This document shows positions 11,941 through 23,095 of a stretch of 64,000 nucleotides of DNA, piece by piece. The position numbers and the translations under genes are program-made. The stretch covers positions 2,210,158 to 2,274,157 of the forward strand of contig MU058781.1 in NCBI GenBank assembly GCA_013265495.1. The letters run 5' to 3'. The notes beneath the pieces were generated by a model that saw only the letters and a list, made by a program, of their open reading frames with translations, ran no database searches and was not told the origin of the DNA. The DNA comes from Vicugna vicugna (Eukaryota). Numbering within the stretch: the stretch's first letter is position 1; each line of letters opens with the position of its first letter.

Positions 11941-12442
11941 AATAAGCCTATACCCATCAGGCCCCATAAGAATTAAGGCTTCTAGGCTCCCCTCTTCAGG
12001 GCAGCCTGAGGCAGTAGGTCAGGTGTCTGTTCTGTGCTACTGCCATTGCATCTGCTGAGATCAGTGGCGGTAGCACGGTTTTTCTTCTGTATATAAAGAA
12101 GAACTCAGTTTTTTTAGGAGCTATAGGCTCAAGAGGATCAATTCCATTTTTCCCTTCATCTTGTTTTTGTGCTTTGAACCCTGCCTGAAATTTTAAATCT
12201 TTACAGTATTCTTTGCATAGAAATTCTCTCTCTCTCTTTGGGTATACTCACCTGTTTGTGTTTTTTTGTTTGTTTATTAATTTATTTTAGGGATGTTTTA
12301 AACATTTTACCATAAAATAATTTCAGTCTAATAACCAAGTTGTAAAAATAGCCCCAAAAGTTTTCCTCTAGCTGCCACATATGTGACCACAGTATAATGA
12401 CCAAAACCAGGAAAGTAAAAACAGTACACACAATACCTTTAA

Positions 12443-12521
12443 TTATTCAAACTTTGCCAGTTGTCAGTCACACTAAAGTTCCTTATTCAAACTTTGCCAG
12501 TTGTCAGTCACACTAAAGTTC
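12443..12521. repeat. Tandem duplication, 40-bp period, 2 copies
   Basis: ttattcaaactttgccagttgtcagtcacactaaagttc at 12443 and 12483. Confidence 0.95.
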
Positions 12522-12566
12522 TTTCTGTGATCTAGGGTCTAAGCCAGCATCAAGAATTGCATTTAG

Positions 12567-13152
12567 GCTGTTTCCATGTTTTGGCTATTGTAAATAGTGC
12601 TGCTATGAACATTGGGGTGCAGCCTAAATGTCCATCAACAGGTGACTGGATAAAGAAGATGTGGTGTATTTATACAATGGAATACTACTCAGCCATAAAA
12701 ACTGACAACATAATGCCATTTGCAGCAACATGGATGCTCCTGGAGAATGTCACTCTAAGTGAAGTAAGCCAGAAAGGAAAAGAAAAATACCATATGAGAT
12801 TGCTCATATGTGGAATCTAAAAAACAAAAACAAAAACAAACAAACAAACAAAAACAAAGCATAAATACAGGACAGAAATAGACTCACAGACAGAGAATAC
12901 AGACTTGTGGTTACCAGGGGAGTGGAGGGTGGGAAGGGATAGACTGGGATTTCAAAATTGTAGAATAGATAAACAAGATTACACTGTATAGCACAGGGAA
13001 ATATACACAAAATGTTATGATAACTCACAGAAAAAAAAATGTGACAATGAGTGTGTATATGTCCATGAATGACTGAAAAATTGTGCTGAACACTGGAATT
13101 TGACACAACATTGTAAAATGATTATAAATCAATAAAAAATGTTTAAAAAAAA
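12567..13152 (+). mobile_element. Young 5'-truncated L1 with 5' inversion, inserted in an L1MC-type 3' end
   Basis: Inverted segment to 12622, then forward ORF2 end ([14 protein letters not shown]), 3' UTR, AATAAA and poly(A). Perfect TSD aagaattgcatttag at 12552-12566 and 13153-13167. Confidence 0.95.
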
Positions 13153-13959
13153 AAGAATTGCATTTAGTTGTCATGACTTCAGTCTGGGACAGTTTCTCAG
13201 TGTCTTTTTGTCTTTCATGACCTTGATACTTTTGAGACTTGTCTCTCCATTTGAGTTTTTCTGATTATTTCCTCATGGTTAAATTCAGTTTTGTATGCTT
13301 TTCTCCCTTTTAGGCACTGGGCCTTAGAAGCTTGGGAGCTGGAATGTGTATACTATTCCGTCATCATGAGCCTGTGTTCTTAGAGAAGGGAACATTGATT
13401 TAGAGGAAAAAGAACCTGCTTCTGGTTCCACCTCTGGATCTATAAAATTAGTACTTAATGCAACTAATACAACACTTAGAGTTCATCTCATGGCTTTTCA
13501 TAAAATATTTTTTAAGGCATATAAACTTTAAGTGTTATATTGCTTAATGTGCTGTTTGAAACAGCTGAGTACCTGGGGGTATCAGTTCTAAATCCCTGTC
13601 ATTAGTCATCATTAATTTACAAGCAACACAGCTAAATCATCAAAAACTAATGCTTAGACCAATTACTGGATTAACTGAAATTCCAAAAGACTATAGGCAC
13701 CCATAAATAACTTTAGAGTGTAAAATTTCTTCAGATTAAATGCACCAGCAACCAATCATGGGGCATGGAGGGACTGACTCTTCAAGAGATTTACAGACTG
13801 GGTCCGTTACTAACATTTCCAAAATGGATATGGGAGGCAGATGGCAGGTGAAAAGTTCTTTTAAGCTTTTAATGAAACCTATGATTAGGCTAAGAATCAG
13901 AAGCCCAATTCCAGTTTCCCAACTTATTGAGGTACCACTTTAGTCAAGGAACTTAACCT

Positions 13960-14420
13960 CACTCATTCATTCATTTTTGAAAAAATACGGAGTGTCTTCT
14001 GTGTGTTCAACTCTATACCAGGTGCTGGGTATCTTATGTTGAGTTAAAATAAATAATTGACCAAAATGGGTAAGGAGTAGTGCTTTAGCTGGCAGGGACA
14101 GTATGAAGAAGGGCCTTTGGCAGAAGAGAGCAAGAGTTCTGAAGAAAGGCCACTTTTAGCTGGGTGGCAAAGGAAGGGACAAGCAGGATTGAAGCTGGGT
14201 GAGGAAGGGCAAGGCCTTGGGGAGCACTGCAGGCATTTTAAGGTGTTTGTCTCATCCTAATAGCAGCAGAAAGCCACTGATAGGTGTTAAGCACTGCAGT
14301 AATATAATCAGCTTTAGGTTTTGAAAGATCATTCTAACTACAATGAAAAGAATAGTTTGAAAGTAGATAGTAGGTAAGACAAAAAATGATAATGGCTTGA
14401 ACTATGGTGAAAGTGTGGAG
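13960..14420. mobile_element. L2 fragments
   Basis: cattcattcattt... and gaagccactgataggtgttaagcac...ttttgaaagatcattct L2 signatures. Confidence 0.6.
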
Positions 14421-14494
14421 ACATAGGAAGTGGTGAAGAGACCATGGTGCTTCTGTGGAATCCGGTACAGACTATCAGTTTTCAGCCACTTAGT

Positions 14495-14655
14495 CCTGTG
14501 GCATTGAAAACTTAATTTATCTCTCTGTGCCTCAGTTTCCTCATCTGTAAAGTGAATTATAATAATGGTTTCTACATCATAGGGTTATTGAGAGGATTAA
14601 ATTAAGTTACCAGAAATAAAATACTTAGAAAAGTGCCTGGTATATAATAGTTACA
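14495..14655 (+). mobile_element. MIR SINE
   Basis: ctctctgtgcctcagtttcctcatctgtaaagtg core. Confidence 0.85.
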
Positions 14656-14919
14656 CACTACACATATATGTATGTATATGTACATAGATACACCCATACA
14701 CACATGCATATATATATAAATGTACATATATATAAACTTGTACTATTACTATTCAAAAGATCTTTAAGTGATAAACTGACAGGACTGGAGGATAAATTGA
14801 ATATATGAGATAAGGGAGAGGTACACATGTATGTGTTAGAACTCTTATTTGCAAACAGTTGATATTAACTCTGACTTATTTAAGTTGAAGGGAATTGGTA
14901 AGAAGGGTATTGGCAGACA

Positions 14920-17670
14920 GAAGTTCTACTTAGAGACAAATGGAGTAATAGGGACCAGATTTTCCCTCCTGCCTGAAACAACTAAGAAATTAGAGAAAAT
15001 GTATTAAGCAATGGATTTTAAGACACTAGACGTTAAGCAGTGAAGGACAGTTTTCCTTAAGGGATGATAAAAAGAAAATATGAAATAAGCCTTAAAGATA
15101 CTCCAGCTTGCTGCCTTGAGAGAGTTTCTAGGTCACAGTGCAGTGAGGGTAAACCCAGGAGGAGCCAGCTGGACACCTTGAATTGAGGAGATGGAGCCCC
15201 CAGGGAGTTAATTCAAGATAGAGTTTTTAGGTTGCAGTACCAGAGAGGAGAGAGCTGCACCAAAAGATAACTCTGGAGATATACATGAGGGCCCCCTTGA
15301 GTATTCAGATGAGTACTGAGCAACACTTATGAATACAAAACTACCTGAGACCAGAGAATAAACTCCTGAAAGGTTAAGGGTGGTTAGAGGGAACAGTATC
15401 TATAGCTCACACAAGGCCACACATAGTGCCTGTGCACTGACTGGAAAATGGGACACTGAATTACTTAGACTACTTAAAAGTGTCTTAACTCAGTAATGAG
15501 GAAAATAAGTAGCCTTAGACTAAATGACTAAAAAAGTAGACTGTGGTAAGTTAAAGATTGTACTATATACTGTAAATGCTAAACAATGCTAAAATAGCGA
15601 AACAGATCTAGTTAAACAAGCACAAGAGATAATGTAGACTCATAAAAATGTTCAATTAATGCAAAGGAGCACAGAAAAATAGGGACCATGTAACAAAGAA
15701 CAGAGAAAACAAAGAACAAGATGATCGCTTTAAACCTAATCATATCAATGATCACATTAACTGTCTTAATACCTCAGTTTAAAAACAGAAATTGTCCAAC
15801 TTTATACTGCTTCCAAGAAACCACATGAAATATAATGATATAAATAGATTAAAAATAAAAGCATGGAAAAAGATATACCATGCTAATACTAATTAAAAGA
15901 AAGTTGGAGTGACAATATTAATATCAGGTAAAGTAGATTTCAAAGCAAAGAATATTACAAGGGATAAAAAGTCATTTTACAATGGAAAAAATGTCAATTT
16001 ATCAAGAGTAGATAGTTATCCTAAATTTTTATGCCCATAATAACAAAATTTCAAAATATATAAACAAGGAGAAGTGGATAAATTCACATTTTTTTGTTGC
16101 AGACTTCAAGACTCCTCTCTCAATATTTGATGGAACAAGAAGAGAAATAATCATTAAGAATACAGAAGGTAAGAAAACCACTATCAAACCACTTAATTTA
16201 TTTGACATTGATAGAAAACCAAATATACAACAACAGTAGAAAAGACATCCTTTTTAACTGCATATGGAATCTACCAAGATAGGCAATATTCTGGGCCATA
16301 AAACAAGTGCCAGCACATTGCAGAGGATTTAAGTAATGCAAAGTATGTTATTTCACTCAACATAATTAAATTAGAAATCAACAAGAAAAGTGCCCAAATT
16401 TTCAGAAATAAAATAGTACTTCTAAGTAACCCATGAGCCAAAGAAAAAAAATCAAAATAAAAATTAGTGTGTTAAACTGTATTAAAATGAAAATGCAACA
16501 TATCAAAATTAGTAGGATGCCATTGTAGGTACTACTTGAAGGGAAAGTTATAGTACTAAATGCCTATAGAAGTAAAAAGAGAGATCTTTACTTACTTTAA
16601 ATCTAGAGTAATAACAATTGGCATGAAGGTAGATTTAAAATGTCAGTGGAACAGAATAGAGTCCAGAATTGGACCCACACATATTTAGACACCTGATTTT
16701 CAGTAAAGACGAAAGGAGAAAGAATAGTATTTTCAACAAATGGTACTAGAACAATCAGATGCCCAAATACTTGAACACACACACAAGAACTTCAATACAT
16801 ATCCAAACCATAATTCAGAAATTAATTCCAAATGGATTATAGAGTTAAATGCAAAACCTGAAGTTGTAAAAGTTTTATAAGTTAACATACAAGAAAATCT
16901 CTGTGACCTTGAGTTAGGCAGAGATTTCTTAGGTGTGATACTAAAAGCAGTTCATAATGGAAAAAAAATGATAAGGTGAACTTCATCAAAATTAATAAAT
17001 TCTGATTTTAAAAAAATTCTTAAGAGATTAAAAAGGCAAGCCACAAGCTGGAAAAAAAGTGAGAATATTTATATCCTGAATAGGTAAAGAGCTCTCAAAA
17101 CTCAATAATAAAGCAAACAACTGTATAAAAATGGGCAAAAGATTTGAACAGATATTTTAGCAAAGAATATATATGGATCGTAAATATGCACGTGAAAAGA
17201 TATTCAACATCATTAGTCATTAGGGAAATACAAATTAAACCACAATGAGATATCATTGACTACCTGTTAGAAAGGCTAACAGGACTTATCATACCAAATA
17301 TTGCAGAGAATATTGCTGGCAGGAATGTAAAATGGTACAATCACTTTCGAAAATTCTTAGAAGTTTCTTAAGCTAAACTTACCTACCATATTATCCAGCC
17401 ATTCCACCCTAGGTATGTACTCAGAAAATGAAATAAATGTCCATATAGAGACTTATACCAGATTCTTCATAGCAGCTTTATTTGTAATAGCCAAAATCTG
17501 GAAACAACCCAAATGCCCATCAGCGGATGAGTAGATGAATTGTTGCCTGTCTATACGATGGAGTATTATTTAGCAATAAAAAGAAATTAACTAGTTATAC
17601 TTGCAGCAAGCTAAATCTCAGAATAATTATGCTGGGTGAAAAAGCCAGACAAAACGGGTGCACTCTGAAA
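14920..17670 (+). mobile_element. Old, internally deleted L1M (5' UTR, endonuclease region, ORF2 end, 3' UTR)
   Basis: atggaaaaagatataccatgctaatact, aaatgggcaaaagatttgaacaga, ggaaacaacccaaatgcccatca. Confidence 0.85.
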
Positions 17671-18659
17671 CAGAGGCTGCGAATGTGCAGGTTTACCTTA
17701 TAAGATGAAGGATTCTACACGTGCTGCAAGGGTAATTGGATACTGGATAGGTAAGAGGAAGAACAGTCAACATCCAGAGTCAGGGATGCCCTTAAACTTA
17801 CCCTCGATGTCCCAGTGTCCTTAGTGAAGAAAGGGGTATTTCTTAAGATTTCTGTGACAATTAAATGAAATCAGATATGTGGAAACACTTTATAATTTTC
17901 AGTGTAATGTAAATGTTACTTTTTAAAACCTTTGGAACTGAAACTTTTTTGGGGGCCAACAAAATGCTTTTTAAAGGAATAAGTGAGAGTTAAATGGCTG
18001 AAGGAGAAGGCCCAGTGAACAAACAGAAGGAGACTCTAGAAGAGAAAGGCCTAGATAGCAGGTTGTGAAGCAACTAGCAGAGGGCCCAAAAGAGGGGAAG
18101 GGACATCCTTCTAAAGCTATTTCTCTTCCTTTAAAATAGAATAAAGATGGGTGTCTTAGCAAAAGCATTACAGTTAATACATTCATACACTTTGAAATCT
18201 TATACATGCCTACTGTAAATAAATTGAATAAGAATACTCTTGGCATTCTCAAAGTATTTTTATTTTAATGTGTTTATACATGTATAACACATCTTACCAA
18301 CTCAAATCTGGGAAAATGCCATCACTTCTATTTTAATTTAGTTGTTTGTTCTATATTATCTTGTGGCATCATCTTGCATTCCCATCCTCAAAAAAAAAGC
18401 AAAACCAAAAACACAGAAATACAAAGTTGATGATACCAATTGATCTGACTGGCTACTTTAATTCCACACACAACTCCCATGTTAGCCTTGCTTTTACCTT
18501 CTACTACAATGGTCAACATTGGAAATAAAAGCGTTTATACTATAAGGACACACAGATAAAGACCTTGAAACTGCACTTAGAGGGTTATATATCTAACAGC
18601 ACCTATAATATAATAATAACAAAGCAACATTAATTACTTTAGGTAGTTATTTGCTATGT

Positions 18660-19080
18660 GTTTTTTTTAAATAAACTTTATATTTTAGAACAGCTTTAGG
18701 ACTACAGAAAAATTGTGAAGATAGAACAGAGAGTTCCTGTTTACTCTACACCCAGCATCTCCTGTTAACTAATCTCAGTATGGTTAGCTAATCTCAGTAT
18801 TTTGTCCTCGTACCTCCTTAGATTCCTCTAAGCTGGGGCAGTTTCTCAGACTTCCATTATTTTCAGTGACCTTAACAGTTTTAAGTTTCACTGGTCAGGT
18901 ATTTTGTAGATGGTCCCTCAGTTGGAATTTGTCTCATATTTTCTCATAATCACACTGGGGTTTTCTGTTTGTGGTAAGAAAGTCCCAGAGGTAAAGTGCT
19001 ATTCTCATCACATCGTATTAAGGACACATATTATCAACGTGGCATCACAGTTGATGTCAACCTTGGTTCTGTAATGTGTG
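18660..19080 (-). mobile_element. L1MC-type 3' end
   Basis: tttattttagaacagctttagg...gtcaggtattttgtagatggtccctcagttggaatttgtc. Confidence 0.7.
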
Positions 19081-19269
19081 CTGTTTACTCTGTGCTGTAG
19101 CCATTCTGTCTCCCATTTGTTTTTTTCATTGTTTTCCAATATTTTATTATGGGAATTTGCAAACATACAGCAAAGTTGAAGTTTTGAGTTTTCATAATAG
19201 TTTTTAATATATACCCCCAGCACCGATTCTGCACTTTTTGGGAGGGAGGGATTCTTTTATTTACTTTAG

Positions 19270-19600
19270 ATTCTGCCAGTTTTGTCCCATAACATAAGAG
19301 GAAATAGAACCGGATTTGCTGCAAAGAAACAAAGGAAGAGAATCATGCTGGATTTTAAAATCCAAGTTTTACAGATGTAGGGGAAAGGGCACAATAAGAA
19401 AATGAGAAGGATAAAAATTAGCCTCTGATTTAGGAACTGGTGGAAGTCCTTTGACATTATGAAGTGTGTCAGATATATCACTGCAGCCTCAAAGATTGCC
19501 ACACAATTGCACGGAAAGAATCTGAAGGAAACTATGGTCAAGGCATGCGTGTCTTTAGGACATCTGAAAAGAATACAAGAGCATTTGCCAGTTTTGGATA
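19270..19600 (+). mobile_element. Tigger/pogo (TcMar) transposase relic, internally deleted
   Basis: Translates AAKKQRKRIMLDFKIQVLQM*GKG (psq-type HTH start), joined to RNWWKSFDIMKCVRYITAA and *RKLW (end of DDE domain). Confidence 0.7.
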
Positions 19601-19764
19601 CAGGAAGCATGTCTTCAAGGTTCCTTTGCCTTTCCATGAACATCTTAGAATAATCTTGTCTACATCTACAAAAAACTCTTCCTGAGATTTTGATAGAACT
19701 TGTGTTAATATGCATGTCAATTTGGGGAGAATTGACATCTTGAGTCTTTTAATTCATTGCCTTC

Positions 19765-20072
19765 GAGGTGTTAGCAGGGTTGGTTCCCTCTGAGGTTTGG
19801 GAGGGAAAATCTGTTCTAGGCCTTTCCCCGTGGCCTGTAGTTGGCTGTCTTCTCCCTGTGTCTCTTCACATTGTCTTTCCTGTCTGTTTCTGTATCCAGA
19901 TTTCCCTTTTTATAAGGACACCAATCATATTGGATTAGAGCTCACCCTAATGACCTAATTTTAACTTGATTACCTTGGTAAAGGCCATATCTTCAAATAA
20001 GGTTAAATTCTGAGGTACTGGGGTTAGGACTTCAATGCATGAATTTGGGGGGGACATAATTCCACCTATAAT
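19765..20072 (-). mobile_element. MaLR LTR (MLT1B/C-like)
   Basis: tataaggacaccaatcatattggattagagctcaccctaatgacc...ttctgaggtactggggttaggacttcaa. Confidence 0.85.
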
Positions 20073-22379
20073 TCATAATTCAGATTTATATTTTGTATAA
20101 CCCTTAAAAGAATTTGAAATAATTATGTGCCCTCACATAGTTTAGCATTGACATTTAAGGATTTAAATCATAGGTTTAAACCGTTGCAAGGAATAAAATT
20201 TCTGGCATTTTGTAAATATTAACACTTTGAAATGGTTACCCTTTTAAGTGTACCCAAAGGAATCTAAATACCACAACAATTTGACTCAATAACCACAATC
20301 CATTATGAAAAAATGCACGCACAATTTCCTGTGGAAAGTTTCTTTCTTTCCATTTTCTCCATTCCATTCCAATTCTTCCAAAGAATTTTATCTTCGTGTA
20401 ATATATTTTCATGCCAGAAAGTCTCTTTGTGAACCACCCTATCAAAAATTCTGGAGGAATTTGAAATTTTAAAATTTGTTTTATTTCCTAGATCATAAGG
20501 GTGCGTTTAAACTTTCTTGCAGATTGAGTTGTTGCAATTGTTATTGTTACACAATTGATCAAGACAACATTTTATTACAAAATAATTATTACATTGTAAT
20601 TTGTTAAATAGAAAAAATAAAATACAATTAAAAATACTTCTCTTGAAATGGTGCTGCTCTCTCCAGTTAGTTCATGTACCTGTTAATGAATGGCTTAATG
20701 CTAGAACAATACAGGTTTCCTCATTGATTTTATTCCTGTCCCCACTCCATTTTTATAGCAGTAACTGCTGGGAAGCAGAAAGACTTGGGCTCTTAGCACT
20801 AGAAGATGCAGTAAACTCAGGGCTGCGCCATTAGGATATACAGTGGCATATCAATGTCTGTAATAGCTGAAAAACTAAAAAAAAAAATTGTTGATTTTGT
20901 TACTGATAAAAATATTTATCTTACCATGTTTTAAAATATTTTTATTAAAGTCTGAAGCTGCAGATTTATCTCATTTAATTTATTTAAAAAAAACCCTCCC
21001 TGTATAAACAAAACAATACTCATGTTAAAGCTATCAGCAAAATAAGACTTATTTTCTGACAGACATAGTTTAACTTTGTTTTTAATTCAAGTGTTAATAC
21101 TGGATTCAAAAATCTCATTAATTATTCCTTGAATTTAATTTGTATTTAATATTGAGTAAACATTAAATCCTACTAAAACTACTAAGAAATATTTCAGAAT
21201 ATATATTCTAGAGGTTTAAGTGATGTACACGTAGTATAATTAATTTGTTATACAAACAAGAAAATGAATAGAGATGTTTCTCATTATTTAATTTATAATA
21301 ATGTAACATACTATTTAACAGAAATTGTGAATTTTTTTGAAGTGATGATGTTTCTTTAGCAGATGTGTTTGTGTACATATATTGATTATTAATATTCTGC
21401 TATGAGGAATAATTAAATTGGAACCAAGTATAAATATCATAAATAACATTATTTATTTCTAAACCTCAGGTAAAACTTTTCCTAGTATTTAAAGGAAGAA
21501 AAAGCTACCTACTGCTGAAACTCCTAGAAGCAAACATATAACTTTATTATTTTTTGTTAACAAGAATAGAAAGCATTAAGTGTCTTGTAAATGAAATTAG
21601 GTGAGAATTAACTTCAACTGGAATAGATGTTTAATGATATGCTTTTATCATGTGCATTTTAACTGCTTTATTGAAAAGCACACACCAAATCAGAAAGAAA
21701 TTATAAGCCTATGTTTTACTTGTGGATTGTATCCAGTTTACTTTGGGCAGTTTGATAGTTATAGAAAAACATTTTAGGTACATTTGAAGAAAAAAATCAG
21801 AGTCACTGACATGCACTCCTTTGGCTAGTCAAAGCTGCTTTTCTTTCCAGCGAGTGGTACATTTTAGACATAAATATTGAGGGTAGCCTAAAGGAATTGC
21901 CTACATGTAAATACATGAAAAAAGTCATAGAGTATTGAAAATACTTTACCCATGATTTGTACTCATGAACTGCCCCCACTCTACTACCAGCAGAGTTGCA
22001 ATTTTTGACATTAGTCTAGGAATAATAGAGGCAAAGTAACAGAGTAAAAGACATTAGAGGTTATCTCTTCCACCTCTCTCTACCACATGACTGAACATTC
22101 CATTTTAACCCAGAACTTCTCTCTTAACCTAAATGTGTGTAATATAGGGAAGACTAGAAGACCAATGACTTTATGGTGCCCTGAGTAATCATTGAAGGAA
22201 GCGTCTCTTTTGTTTAGTTACCTAAAGGTTTTTCAACTCAGGAACAGTACACTGAATTGTAGGGTTTGGGATGGGTGTGGAAAGGGCTTTTGTGAACACA
22301 GGTAGGCTTTTAGGGCATATCAGTAAAACTCTCCATCTTCATGAACCCCTTGAAAGCCTGGTGTGAAGACCACCAGATT

Positions 22380-22780
22380 CTTGGATATGCATATGTTCAA
22401 TTTTAGTAAATATTGCCAAATTGCCCTCCAAGGTGTTTGGCAAATTTACACTTGCACCACCTGTGCATGGGCATTCCCATCACCGTAGATACTTGTCAAT
22501 ATTTGGTATCATCAGACTTTGAAATTTTTGCCAATGTTATAGGTGAGAAATGTTATTTCGTGGATTTTACTTTATAGTTTCCAAATTATTAATAAGCTTG
22601 GGCTTAAATATTTGTTGGCCATTTGAGTTTCTACTGCACTGACTTGCCTTTTATTTCTTTTCCTAATTTTTTGATATTATTTTTTAATTGAGTTTTAAGT
22701 GCTTTATATATATTCTGTATGCTGCTCCTTTGTTTTTATGTTGCAGACATTATTTCCCAGTCTGTCACTGTCTTGTAACT
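22380..22780 (-). mobile_element. L1M ORF2 3' fragment
   Basis: attgccaaattgccctccaagg...aatttttgccaatgttataggtgagaaat. Confidence 0.75.
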
Positions 22781-22844
22781 TCAATTACTGAGTTATTGTC
22801 ATTATCATCATCATCATTTTAATATTACTACTAATAACAATATA

Positions 22845-23095
22845 GTTAAAATATATTGAGTGCTTACCTTGTGTCAGGCCTGCTTAAGTACTGTATGTGT
22901 ATTATCTCATTTAATTCTCATAACATCCCTGTGAAATTGGTGCTTATTATATACATCCCCATTTTATAGATACAAAAACTGTGGTATAGAAAGGCCTAAG
23001 GAAATTGATCGAGGTTGTTCAGCCATTAAGTTGCAGAGACAGGACTAGCACCAAGGCCATCTAATTCCAGAGCACTAGCCTTAATCACTATACTG
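22845..23095 (-). mobile_element. MIR SINE
   Basis: tattgagtgcttacc...tctcatttaattctcataacatccctgtga...cccattttatagat. Confidence 0.85.

Noticed and set aside
12443..12521. CRISPR-like direct repeats
   Set aside because: Only two abutting copies with no spacer, in mammalian DNA; a simple tandem duplication.
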